A DNA stretch of 56,542 nt, filler included, from Platydemus manokwari (lineage: Eukaryota): the NCBI GenBank assembly GCA_037951405.1. It is 6 parts of 6 records of this genome, joined end to end, with 100 filler letters (N's around TTAATTAATTAA, not from the genome) between each part and the next. Parts side by side here need not be neighbours in the genome. Positions count along the whole stretch, not along the records: positions 9,367 to 19,048 come from JBBMOY011218544.1; positions 19,149 to 28,510 come from JBBMOY011259652.1; 4 more parts are not named here. One strand, 5' to 3'. A program made the translations under genes and the position numbers. Position 1 is the first letter of the stretch. Each line of letters opens with the position of its first letter. Below are positions 12,889 through 26,359 of this stretch, piece after piece. The notes beneath the pieces were generated by a model. It did no database searches. It saw nothing but the letters and a program-made list of their open reading frames with translations, and was not told the origin of the DNA.

Positions 12889-13311
12889 NNNNNNNNNNNN
12901 NNNNNNNNNNNNNNNNNNNNNNNNNNNNNNNNNNNNNNNNNNNNNNNNNNNNNNNNNNNNNNNNNNNNNNNNNNNNNNNNNNNNNNNNNNNNNNNNNNNN
13001 NNNNNNNNNNNNNNNNNNNNNNNNNNNNNNNNNNNNNNNNNNNNNNNNNNNNNNNNNNNNNNNNNNNNNNNNNNNTTATTATTAATNNNNNNNNNNNNNN
13101 NNNNNNNNNNNNNNNNNNNNNNNNNNNNNNNNNNNNNNNNNNNNNNNNNNNNNNNNNNNNNNNNNNNNNNNNNNNNNNNNNNNNNNNNNNNNNNNNNNNN
13201 NNNNNNNNNNNNNNNNNNNNNNNNNNNNNNNNNNNNNNNNNNNNNNNNNNNNNNNNNNNNNNNNNNNNNNNNNNNNNNNNNNNNNNNNNNNNNNNNNNNN
13301 NNNNNNNNNNN
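12889..13311. repeat. N-run, probably masked or unresolved (AAT/TTA)n low-complexity sequence
   Basis: Flanked by tattatta and contains an island ttattattaat. Format differs from the 100-bp spacers. Confidence 0.5.
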
Positions 13312-13314
13312 TAG

Positions 13315-16300
13315 ATTTAATGACAAAAATGTTCAAGCATAAAATTACGGTGTGTGAAGCATGCACGACATATATCAAATATTTAGAAGATATATTTGAT
13401 ACTTCCAAACCACCGGTGAGTTTAAATTGAAAAAACCCAATGATATCTATGTTAAAGTGTATCTTGTTTTATACAGCAAGTAGTAATAAAAACGATATCA
13501 GATGCATGTGATATCTTTGTACCGGACGTTAAGAAATCATGTCACCAATATTATAACGGTATTGGCGGTTTGATAATTAAAGCAATCTTGAAAAAGGAAG
13601 ATCCTAAAAAGATATGCATTGCATTGGGATATTGTAATCGTGTGAATTCTGATTTGGGTTAGATTTAATAGTTGTATGATAATTTCCAGTTATAATTATA
13701 TTTATTGTCTTTTGTAATCATGTTTCATTATCGCTTATAATTGTATTGTTTTCTGGTATAATTTACTCTGGAAAATCTATTATTTTCTGATCATTTGATT
13801 TGCTAAATAATGTTTATAACTCACACTGATTATAATATTACTATGCTTGATATGAATAATATTTAAAATGAATTGAAATTATTTATTTTATTATTAAATA
13901 TTTTTATATTTATAAACGAACTATTGTTCAATTATTATTATTATAAATTATCCATGATAGATTTATCATATAAACATCGATAAATGTTGTGTAAGTCACT
14001 ATTGTTTTGATAAAATACGTATTGAAAACTCACGGCATCAAATTATATTTGTATTACAATTATTCCAACAAATTGATATCTTATAAAAATCCGATTTTAA
14101 AATTGTTTTAATTTCAGTTCATTATTAATTCTCTTATATCTCGCTGCCCTTTAAAATCTGTGATTCCCACTTAATTCTTAAATATCTCGGTTTCCAACCT
14201 CATAGATATTTATCTATTTGAAAGATTCTATTTTATTTATATAATCTCTATATCTTTTTTATATCTTATTTACATATTCTCCATATTTTCTTTATAATTT
14301 ATCTATATCTTCTTTTCATATTTAAGTGTTCTACTCTATATCTTTAATAAAACTTCACTACATCTGCTTTATATCTCTTCTATCCTTCAATGGCATTTAC
14401 TTTACACCCTACTATTTAATAAAGCACAGATTGTAAACAAACTGAAAAATCACAACACTAAATTATATTTTAATTAAATTTTTTTTGGGAAAATCTGATT
14501 TGAAAATTTTCCTAATTTCAATTCATTATAAAATCCCACATGTTTATTTTCTTTTTCTATGCTTTATTTTAAAAAAATCAAGAATAAAATTTGGAAAACA
14601 ATTGGAATGAGTGAATTCGTGATTGATAAAAATCGATAATTGGTGTATTTTTCAAATTTAGTTATTCCATGGGTCAGTGTATCGAAACCAGAGAAAGACC
14701 AATGTTGTGTTTGTAAACATATTGTAGCACGTATTGAAAAGGTCATTGACAAATCTGTAGCACCCGTATGATGTTGTTATTTATTCTCGTCGTTATTTTA
14801 ACGATATTTTTACAGGCTGCTTTTCAGAAAAAAGTTCTTGATATTTGTGAAATATATAATAATCCAATCAAAGATCAATGTATCTCATTCTATAAAGGAG
14901 TAGGTTTCGATGTGATTAAAGCAATTCTTGCATCGAAAGACCCCAAAGAAGTCTGTCAAATTGTAAAGCTGTGTAAGGAAATGAATGTTAACAAGGCTCA
15001 TCTGGAGTTTTTAGGTTGGTAATACATTTTATTTGATCATTCCAATATTGATTATATGGAACACTGTTATTTACGCTTGTTAACGATCAACATATTCGAT
15101 CTGTTTCCGTTATTTACACAAATTCCAATGTCTTGGTTTTCATTATATCGATTTAGAGAGTTGGTTTGATTTGTACTTTTCTATTAATAACACAAAATAT
15201 GAAAAAATCTTTCTTCAATCAGGATAAAAATATATCAAATTTTGAAAATTTTATGTAAGGAAATATCTTGTAGGTGATTAAGGAAATTATTATTGTAAGG
15301 GTGTTTTGAAACCAGCAATTTTGAAGGAAGAAATGTTAATCAGCTCATTTGTTTTAATAATTTATCTAGCCTTATAAATCATAACAATTATTTGCTATAT
15401 TAAACGAACATGAAAAACCTTCACCCACGGTTTGTTTATTGAGAAAATATATTATAACTATAACATGGAAAATGTTAAAATACCAAATCGAAACTAAAGC
15501 TAAATATTTTTAAAAGATTTCATTGAAATATCGGATGATTTTTCAAAAGATGAGCAAAAATTTTTAGAAAATTTTTATATTTTATCGATCACTAATGGCA
15601 ACAAAAATGAATCAATTTATTGTGCTACTAATAACTGTGAGCCATGTGAAAATTCAAAAATACTCTTAAAATATTGTAATGGGAGATTTTGTTCAAATAC
15701 GAAACAGTTCATGCATAATGATTGTACAACAATAATCATCACAAAGGTATAATGCTACCGAGAATTCTGGATCAAAAGGAAGCCTGTTCTATTCTAATAT
15801 ACAATTTACGGTTGAGATGTAGCAATAACAGATCTTTAGATCATCATGTTATGCAATTTTACTGTTCGAACCAATGAATATCCCAGCCTTCTGATTGATT
15901 TCTTTATCATATACTTTCAATATTATATTTTATAAGTTTACAACTGATGTACATAATATGTGCGTTATAGTTATACATGTTTTATTGATGAGGAATATTT
16001 TTAGACAAATTAATCGATGTTATTGAAGAAGGTAAAAGAAGTGGTTGCAAGAAATGCGTTGTGAGTGTTGAATGGTTTGAAAAGAATATAAACACTTCAA
16101 AAACAGCTGTAAATATTATGATAATATATTAATTTACAATGAAATATAATTAATAATTGGAACAGATTGATGTTCAGAAAAGATTTCTCTCCTATTGTGA
16201 AGTGTACACTGATCGAATAAAGGTTTATTGTAAATTTTTCTATTACACCAGTGGATATGAGGCAATCAAAGATGTTTTACATAAGAAATGTCCATTCAAG

Positions 16301-18529
16301 ATTTGCCAGCGATTACATTTTTGTCGAAAGAGAGATGGTGAAATGGAAAGTAAGCTTGGTTATTATTGTGAATCGCAGATTGAGAGATAATTGAAATATA
16401 TTTTATATAACTTCATGTATACACTTTGTTGAGATAAATCAACTTTTAGAACAAAAAATCTTCTTGTCTTAAGATCCAAGATATTCGTGCTCCTTAAAAG
16501 TTATAAAATTCAATGTTTAATGTAATAATTCTAATTCAAATATAATATTGACAGATGTGTAATAATTATGGGTGGGTTTTTCTCCTCTATTTTAATCTCA
16601 AACATTTATTTAAACACGTTATATGATCGTGAATTATTCCTGAATATGAATTCTTTAAACTAAAATCGAAAGGATAAGCCAATTGGAAAAATACAATCTA
16701 GCAAGAATAACAGTTTATAACATTTCAGGAAAACATAAAACATTCATTAATGTTTTACTTTTATACTGTTCAGAGAGTTGACACTCACAGGTGAAAGTGA
16801 TTTTGAAAAATGTATAAATGCGAGTAATAAAAATTCGTTTAATTTTTCTGAAATTTTGAAGAATAAAATAAAAGAATCGATGGCGAAGATTTTCACCTTA
16901 AAAACTGTAAAATATTATGAAAGAAATACAGAATATTGATTGAGGATATCGAAGAGTTTAATATTTCTCACTTCGAAATATAGAAAGATTAAAACTTGCA
17001 CATTAATGATATTAATGAGATGAACGCAAGTAGAATCGTGTTACGCGGAGTTAAAGTTGGGCACCATTTGGTATATAAGAAGGTAAATACGGTATTTATA
17101 AATGATAATTTGTCTACTGACACTTAAGTTTGGCGGAAGTATTTTGATTTGAAGATATATGTGATATTATAGTTATTATAAAAACACAAATCCTTGATAG
17201 ATTTTCATACAAAAGACCTTTGGCTATACTAATTAAGATAATTACGCCTCTCAACATAGGACAATAATCTCAAGCATATAATTCAATATGTGCAGATTAT
17301 TTTTATCACTGTAGACATTTAGATTAAAATGTTTTAGAAAATTTATTGAAGCTCGAAATAGGAAAATCGAAAAAACCTGACTTAACTGAAATAAAGAAAA
17401 TAGATAGGTGGTTATTTATGGTAATCTGATCATTAAAAATTAATATGCAAAATCTACAAAAATATGTGTAAATTTACCTGAATGAGTTTTAATAGAAATA
17501 TGGGGAAACAGCAAATAGGCTTTTCTAAAATTTTGTTCAAATCGATGAACGATAGAGTTAATTATGTTTTAAATCTGAGGTGTCCGCTTAAATGTTATCT
17601 CCATTAATTAAAGTTTGATCATTTGCTGTAGATCAAATTTTTATAAAAATTTTCGACAACAAAACGACATTGTGAACAAATTGTAGTCAGAATGTTTGTT
17701 ATAAATGCCTTTGATCTGTATAGATGTCTCTATCATGATATATTTACGTACAAATATTTAAACGTCCATTATTACCAACATTTTATTAATATGTATGTAT
17801 GTGAGTGTGTGTATGCGTGTGTGTGAAACACGTGATTTGGATATTTTCAGAGATATTGAACAATGTATGCTCACATATATTCTAGAATCTTTTGTTTATT
17901 CATCAGCTATTTTCATTAAATTATTATTTTATAACGTTATTAATAATAACTTCACTTATATTATTATTATGATAATTTAAATATTATGTATAATTATATT
18001 ATTCGATATAAAAATATTTATTCGTTCGTTATTTATGTTTTATATGTTGTTTCATTTTTTATATTTATCCAATATATTCCATCATCATTATTAAATTTAA
18101 TGAAATATTATCTTGGATTAATTATAATTTATAATTTAATAATAGATGATCAACAGAAAGATGTTTCCAACAATTTGAATTCTAATCACATAGCGCACAT
18201 TCAATCTACTGTTAGTGTCACTCCTTTATAAATATCATGTTTTACAGCCATGTTTTGTTTAGCATAATAAAATCGTGGAGATTTGTTCGATTCTCACATC
18301 ACCTATGAAAGATAAATGCATTGAATTTATGAAAACTTACGGAATTAAACTTTTGGAACTGGTTTTGGGAAAAGAAAATATACATCAATTACATAACAAC
18401 ATTTTATCTAATAAGGTTAATAATGATGTAGATAAAAGCGAAAATCAATTAGATAATCCAATCGAATGTTATTTGTGTAAAGAGATTATGAAGGAGCTTG
18501 CTAAATTTTTGGTTAAAAATCGTACAAAA
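13315..18529 (+). CDS. Multi-domain saposin-like protein (SAPLIP/prosaposin-like), partial at both ends
   Basis: Exon pairs 13315-13415+13477-13657, 14662-14765+14816-15014 and 16005-16108+16166-16349 each encode a six-Cys SapB domain (e.g. CEAC..ACD..SCHQY..DPKKICIALGYC; CCVC..ICE..QCISFY..DPKEVCQIVKLC). 18146-18210+18263-18529 encode a reduced domain plus the start of a fifth (IECYLCKEIM). Introns are phase 1 between domains and phase 0 within them. Confidence 0.88.
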
Positions 18530-19048
18530 GTAAGTGGAGAATGATTTGAAAAATAACCAATCGAAAATTGCCGTACACTTTATTATTTATGTTGTGGCTT
18601 TTAAAATATTCTGTCAAATATTTATTATTATTATTGTTTGAATAACTGATCAATTATTTTGTTGTAATCAATTTATCTAAGATCTGTATATCAAAATTGA
18701 ATTACTCAAAAATTGGTCTTGTATTGATTTTCCCACGTTTAAAGGAAACCTCTGTAATATTGTGAGAATATGAAAATTGGATTACATTTTCGAAGATTTA
18801 ATTTAATATAGAATTTAATTTAGTATTAAATTAAATTAATTTGTTTAATTAATTGTGTTTAAATATAATTTAGTGTCGTGCCTTTTCAGTTCGTTTACAA
18901 TGCGTGCTTTATAAAATAGTAGCAGTTAACAAATATATTAATATTATTTATTTATATGTAATTTTTTGAGCTATATTGTCAATCAAAATGATAATCAATA
19001 ATTATTTTTCTATTTTATATGATTATTAAATATTTTATTAAATATTAT

Positions 19049-19148
19049 NNNNNNNNNNNNNNNNNNNNNNNNNNNNNNNNNNNNNNNNNNNNTTAATTAA
19101 TTAANNNNNNNNNNNNNNNNNNNNNNNNNNNNNNNNNNNNNNNNNNNN
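19049..19148. other. Artificial contig-joining spacer
   Basis: N44-TTAATTAATTAA-N44. Confidence 0.97.
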
Positions 19149-20627
19149 TCTGATCATACTAATTTATATTTCGTATTTTAAAATTCTTTATTTTTACATA
19201 TCATAAAAATTGAAAATAATTACATGTTACAAATGATCTTACAAATGAAATTACATAATAATATTGATCAAAAATACATATGTTAAGAGTCAAATCAACA
19301 AGAGTCAAATGATTATCAAGTTATCATAACAGTTGAAAGAATCAAGTTTTTCAAGAATCAAGATATCATCACAATAATCAAGTTTTCCGTAAAAGTTATT
19401 TTTGGGAATTGTCTGGATTCGAAGTTCGTAGATTTTCAGAATGAATTCTCGACGACATCAGGCGTCCAAATCTATGCTCCAGCTCTGGGTGGCCCACGTT
19501 TCCCATTTTGGCTTAATAACTATTGGTTTAATATATAGGTCTTTGTTGCCTTGTTTTTGGTTTTTTAAATTAAGGGTTTCTGGGTTTTTTGAATGATGGT
19601 TGTTGGAGTGGCTGCTTTTGTCTCCATTCGCTATAGGATTTAAGTGTGTAAGGAGTATTTTATTCTTTGCTCTCCTCACTGTCTGAGTAGAGCACTAGAC
19701 GTTCCATATCGTTTTCCCAACAATATATACAATTGAAAATTAGAGATGACCCCTTCTTTTAACATTAGAAGCAATCAGAACGATATCTGAGATTTTTAGA
19801 GTTATTTATAAAAAAGTGACTTCGAAATTATTGAGAAGTTCCAAGAACAAGGTACTTGTGTTTTATCTCAAATTAAGTATTTTAATATCTATTTAATAGA
19901 TTGGAAACACAGATGCAAAACCTGTCGATGTTGTAATGAAATGAATATTTAATCCAAATCAAATAAATGGTACAGGTGAAGATGCCACAAATATATAAGT
20001 TTCGGAATTCAAATAGTGGCATGGTTCAACAATTCAGCCTTGTCCCTTTTCGACATTCTTAATACAGTATTTTTGGTGCACGGAGCTCACACAAAAATTA
20101 TATTTAAAAATATATTATATTTACAAATTTATTAGTAAACTAACAATCAACAAATATTGACAATTTTTAGTAAAATAAAACCAACAATTAAAAATTATTT
20201 ATAGAGATACAGCAGAATTTGTAGATTCCTTGCCAATGAGGAAATATCTTGACATAGAACATCATTGAAGGTCTGAATATCGTCGTATAAATTATCGAGG
20301 AATATTTTGAAAGTGCCAAATATAGTAACAGGCATCGAATACATGGTTTTTGATTGTTAGAGTTGATTTTTGGTTTTTAATCTAAAATCGAATTTTATGT
20401 AATAATTTCAATAAAATATGATTACAAATAAATTCTAATATCAAATAACTCACGAAAAGTCATTAATTTAAAATTGGGTCAAATGACTCTTTTCCTTAAC
20501 TTAACCCCAAAATTCTATTATATAAATTTGGTATTGAAGGGTTATTTAAATTTTTCTGTATTTTGAATCACATTTTTAATATTTATGTTTTCTTCTATTG
20601 ATTTTTATATGATTTTTATTCGATTAG

Positions 20628-21367
20628 GCATTATTACGGAAATTTAAAAGACGAGTTATTAATACGATCAATGATTTTGGATTTTGCAAAGAGAAGGTTA
20701 TATAAACATTCTTTAAAAATTATTTTAAAAATTAAGTTAAAAATTAATAAGAATAAGAATCAATATTACTATTAAATTCTTAATCATAATACTGTTAATA
20801 ACGACAATTATAACTTATTACATCAACGATACTAAAGAGACGAATTTGTTTTACTGAACTATTGTATAGTTACATCGGATTATAATTGAAGTGAAATTGA
20901 AAATGGAAACCAAATATCAGGTTTATATTAATATTATGAATATAGTTTTTATTAAAAAACTCTAAAAAATTTAAAATTTTATTGATTTTTTAAAGAATTA
21001 TTGTCCAAATTCATTTTCATTTCACCGAGAAGCGTCAAATATTTCACAAAGAATCTTAAAACAGCGAAAAGCTGCTGACAAAAATGAATTAAAATTATTG
21101 GAAATAGAGAGCTGTGATCAAATGAAAGTTAAAGCAATAAATCGTGAAAATCTAACGAAATGCATATTTGATAAACCAGTTATTCAAAATATTACCAACA
21201 TAAAACCGGTCTATGGTACAAAACACCCTTATTCAATTATGCATAGAAATTTGGACAACAGTCCTCATGATCAAATGTGGTCAATTTTCTACCACGAAAA
21301 CAGTTATCAAATGGAAACGTCTGATTTAAAACAACGAAAATCCGCAGTTAAACATTTTAAATATTGA
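20628..21367 (+). CDS. Hypothetical protein, terminal exons; upstream exon-like blocks (19744-20355) contain stops, so possibly a pseudogene
   Basis: AG/GT-bounded block ~20628-20696 (HYYGNLKDELLIRSMILDFAKRR) and a stop-free last exon ~20995-21367 (NYCPNSFSFHREAS..SAVKHFKY*). No family recognised. Confidence 0.4.
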
Positions 21368-23858
21368 AAATATTTTCCCCCATATTTGTTGACGTGATTC
21401 TTGTTTTCTTAAAGACATTATTTTCTCGAATTATTTGATAATGATAATGATTTGCAGTGGATTTTTGTTTTTTGTGTGACAGTTTTCAATTTTCAAAATA
21501 AATGTGTGTGTGTAAATTTTGATTGGTCAATTCTGATTAGCTGATTTTTTTAATTTGTAATCGATTTTCTAAGATGTGTGTGAATTTTATGGAGATATTA
21601 TTTTGCTATAGCTTTAATTTGATTTGTATTTTTAATGTTATATGTTCACATTTGACCTTGGAATAGAAATTTAAATTATTTTACGGATTTGTTTAAATAT
21701 AGTCTTGGTTTAAATAATAAAATAATAGGATTTATGAAATAAACTGTCAGTATATTATTAGGCAATGTTAGGAGCGAGTTCTGTAAAAACAAATGAATTA
21801 TTAAGTGCATAGGGTCCTTTTAACTTCAGAAAACCAGATATAAACGTCCCAATTAACTTACCAAGAAGCCTTTCAGTTCGACCTGGAGGTAGAGTTTGAC
21901 TAACTTATTATATGAAATCAATAAAGACTGATAACATTCGATTAATTAAACAGCTTCAACAATTATTTACTTTGTCTGTTACGTTGAACCTTATACATGA
22001 ATTAATAACTGACTTTAATCACTATATCGAAAACAGTGATATGAAACCAAGATTCAATTACATCGGGTGCACAACACTCAATGAGTCAGTAATAGTGTAT
22101 GCGTGTGAAATTGATGGTGTGCATTTGAAAGAATAATTTTATCGAATTCTAAACTGAAAGGCAAGCAAAATCGAAATCACGAAATAACTGAAATATATTC
22201 AATCAATATTTTTTCGTATAAACGGCAGACCATATTATTATTGTGATATTCGTAAAATCTTCGTGGAAATTGTTCACAATTAATAAAGGTTCATGATGGA
22301 AAACTAAAGCTACTGTCAGGGAATTGTTTTATGATATTATGCGTTTATATTCAGTATTTAATTTTATTAGATTTACATATTAATGGTCAATTTTTTCATG
22401 AAATCATAAACCTTATACTTTTCTACAAATCGCTAAAATCTTACCTACATTTCAACTATTCGTTATTGTTACCGATTTTTTTGGTGCCAGAAAAATATTT
22501 ATTGGACTCAAACTTTAACAGAAAATTAATAGTAACAGGAGAAGAATAAACCAAATGTATCTCTGCCTGAATATATTGTTGGAGTTTATTAAAATAAGCG
22601 CAGGTTGTAAATTTTATTCACAGATAAAACTGTAGTGCTTAGTATATCAGTAAACTAAAAAGCAATTATAGTCGGCTTACAACTGGCAATATACCATCTT
22701 TGTGTCGCCATTTATACTTGAAGATTGTGTCTATTTTTTATGATGCTTTTTAATTTGATATTTTATTTTTCCAATTCCAATTATATCCATTGATTTTTTA
22801 TGATCGGAATGGATCAATCAATATGGTGTATTGTTATTGGAATTTTTAACATGTAATATTTAATTGACTGGCTAATATGCCTGGGTGGTCGTGTAGGCAT
22901 GTACATGTGTAAGACAAGGGCTCCAAACCGGCAAAATCGTATTTTGTGAGATGTTCATCATGACTGGACAATATTCATGGTCAGAAAATAAACAAGAAAT
23001 CATTCTCAGCTCAACAGGGATAGTCATATCGAAATTTTTAATCGTGAAACTTCGATATCAAAAGACTTCTGTCCAAATACTTCCAAACTGGTGTTATTAC
23101 TAATTCGTCAAGATTTGTGACAGAATATTGGACACGGAATTATTGAATACCGAATTCAATAAAACAACAAACATTTTAATCTCATCATTAAGTGAAAAGA
23201 TGAAATCTAAAATTAAAAATTTTTGATTGAATTTTAATTTCAAAATAAAATTTAATAGATTCATAAAATTTTAATTCAATTCTTTCTATTCGGAGAAGAT
23301 TATGTTTCATATTTGGCTTCCTCCTCAAGCATAACATAGTCATCATCAATGGTTGAGTACTCGGAGTTGTCAGTTCTAATGTCAACTGTGACACTTTAAT
23401 GATTTAATTTTCTTGGCTGTTCATTTATGTTAGATGGCGAATGATTTTAGGTTTCTATTTTCAATTTGTTTGTGACACAACGATGATCGATTTTGGAAGC
23501 TGTGGTCTCATTTAATTTTTATTGATGCGCTACAATAATCATCATTGATTTATAATTTCAAATCTCAGGTGTTTCTTGATGTCCTTCCGCTTTTCGTAAT
23601 TATCAGTATGAGAGTAATTATTTTATAACTTCATAATATTATAAATAAATACATAAATCCTTATCGCAATGACAACATTAATTAAAAAATAATTATTTTA
23701 TATTAATAATTTTTTGTTATAATTATTGCAGTATTATGGTGTTACAATATTTTATTATATTTTCATTTAATTTTATCAATTTTTACTTAAATTGACAATT
23801 TTTTCATATAATTTTCTAGCGATTTCATATACTATGAAACACACGAACATTATGACAA

Positions 23859-24025
23859 AAATCTTGCTACAGGTCGCGGTTGTCTGATGAACATTTAAAT
23901 GACTTATTAATGATTTCAACTACTCATTTTGAACCACAATTTTTGTCAACCTATCATGGTTTTGGCCCTCAAATTTTAAAAAATCAGCAATGTGGCCCTT
24001 TGCTGAAAAAGTTTGTAGACCCCTA
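23859..24025 (+). mobile_element. hAT (Buster/Charlie/SPIN-type) transposon 3' remnant
   Basis: KSCYRSRLSDEHLNDLLMISTTHFEPQF matches the tail of the hAT dimerisation domain. It is followed by repeated TGGCCC subterminal motifs and AAAAGTTTGTAGACCCCT, resembling hAT right termini. Confidence 0.75.
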
Positions 24026-24977
24026 GCATAGAATATGATTAAGCTTTATAAAATAATAATGGAGACAATAGCATTTATTATTATATATAATTACATAATA
24101 ACATCTGTATGGAATATACAATGAAATATGTTTTTTGTGCGGCTGACGCCTATTAAGGTCCGAATAAACCAATGTCATGAATTATTTTCACTAAAATCGC
24201 AGAAAATGGTCAATTTATGTTTAAAATTTTTATTATGAGAATATTAACGAGATTAAGTACAATGAAGCTAATTTCAAGCATAGTCATTGTTTAGGTGCAC
24301 GGGTAAACGGTGAATACGGATCCCTGGTGTTACTTATTTTAACCACTAAAAGCAATCAATTACAAACTTTAACAAACTTAAAGCAGGTGAAAAACATTGA
24401 CTCAAAATGTATTAAAAGAGTATTGCGAGAAAATCTAAAATATATAACAGTATGACATAAATTATTTAAAAGATTAAGAACAACATAGAAACACTTCACA
24501 ATTTACTAATGCATATTCAAGTACTTAAATGAAATTTTCCATTAGTTATTTTTATCTTTCAATAAGTTAATTCGTCCACTGATTTATATATTCTTATTTT
24601 TACTCCATTACTAAGACATCTTCGAGTTTATGAGTGATCTGTTAAAAACAAATGATTTCTAAGCGACTGCAAATCCAAAATAAAAATTTCGAATTAAAGA
24701 TAATATTTAGAAAACCTTAATGTTTAAGCATGAATAAGATCTTGTGAAACCGTGGTTTTCTGTAAATCACATTGACGAAAATTTCTTTTTAAAAAATCGA
24801 TATTGTTTGAAAACGTTCATGAAACAATGAATGTCAATTACTCTGTTACTGAAATAACCGTACAATATCTTTCACTATTTTATGTGTACAGTGTGTGTTA
24901 TTTTAGTCATATAAATAATTAAAAATCGAACAGATATTCCCATTATTTTCTGACTTCAAAGAACTGACTTATCGATA

Positions 24978-26359
24978 ATGACTGATAAATGTGATTTTGG
25001 AAAAATTAGCGATTCATCGAAACAATTCGCTATTAATGAATTTAATGAAGATCCAGCAATGATTAACACACAAATTGAACAACTCAGAAATTGGGCGATT
25101 TCAATGCCACATTTCAATTGTCCAACAGGTATGATGATGAAATGATATTCATTATTATAAAATAAATGAAATAAATAGATTCTAATTTCTTACTTCGATT
25201 TCTACGGTCGGCAAAATATGATATGAAAGCAGCTCAAAAACAATTGGATTCGTTTTGTACAACGAGATGTTCACATAGAGGAATTCCTGAATATTTTGAT
25301 TATACCAGCATTGATGACGCAATGATTGATGAATTTCTGGACTCACAGTAAATTAAATAATGAAATCTTTAATCAAAACCTGAAATATTTAGAACTCTCA
25401 TTCCATTGGGGAGGAATAAAGATGGAGAATCAATAATCTTTTTTCCGCTGAGTAATAATTTTTTAATGTCGTTCATACCCACTGTTGTTGAATGAATTCC
25501 TACCTTGTTTATTGTAATTAATTTATTGTATTTGAATTTTAGAAAACTGGAATCCTGACAGAATTCCAAGAAAAATATGGTCTCTATTGGTTTTTATGAG
25601 TTATGATCTCATTCAAAATGAAGAAGAGTCTCAAATCTATGGAGTGAGAGTATATTTCGATATGACAAACGCTTCAGTAAAAGTAGCAGAAGCATTTACT
25701 GATAATAAATTTTTAATGAGCATAGCGAGGAGCTTACAAGTGAGGTTTAGAATAAGTGTTGAGCTAATGAACTCATATTTAGGATGCTTTTAAATGGCAA
25801 TTCAAAAATCACGTGCTTTACAACATGACAAAAGATTATGATGATGCATTCAAGATTTGGTCTTTTCATATGAGTAAATACTTCAACGGCAAAGTAAGTA
25901 AAAAGTTAATTTATTGTTTTACATCTTTGACTTTTTTATATTTTTATCAATTTGTTATTATAATCATTTTATAAATGTTATTATCTTATATATAATCATG
26001 ATATTTGTTGTTTCTATTTTCATTACTAGTCCCGATGATGTTATCATTTATATTTGTATTATAACTTATAGATTATTCGGACAAATAATCTGGAAGAGGT
26101 ATTTGAATGTATTTCTGGATTGAGAGATCTTTTACCAAGTGAATATGGTGGATGTGGAGCTCCATTAAATAAGCAATCAGGTTATTTATATTTTCATTAA
26201 AATTAATTAATTACTCATTTCTTTACAGAAATATGGAAAGAAAAATTCAAAAGCTTTTATAAAGATGAACATCCATTAAAGCACGTTACTGTCGATGAAT
26301 CTATTCGTCCAGAAGAAACAATAAATTATTTAGATGAATATCCAGATTATGAAGAATAA
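24978..26359 (+). CDS. CRAL-TRIO lipid-binding protein (alpha-tocopherol transfer protein-like/clavesin family)
   Basis: Seven exons: 24978-25128, 25179-25347, 25393-25451, 25543-25739, 25783-25893, 26072-26180, 26229-26359 (TAA), all GT-AG and in frame. Motifs AINEFNED..LRNW..PH, DSNFLLRFLRSAKYD, EESQIYGVRVYFDM, LLPSEYGG, VDESIRP. Confidence 0.9.

Noticed and set aside
12865-13408. ORF-track entries of 108-155 aa full of X
   Set aside because: Artefacts of translating through N runs.
17795-18140. Ile/Tyr/Phe-rich short ORFs and a (GT)n-like patch
   Set aside because: AT-rich intron of the saposin gene; compositional artefact.
22915-22930. CAAGGGCTCCAAAC as the left TIR of the hAT remnant ending at 24025
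   Set aside because: Only a partial match, no 8-bp TSD, and no transposase traces in between.
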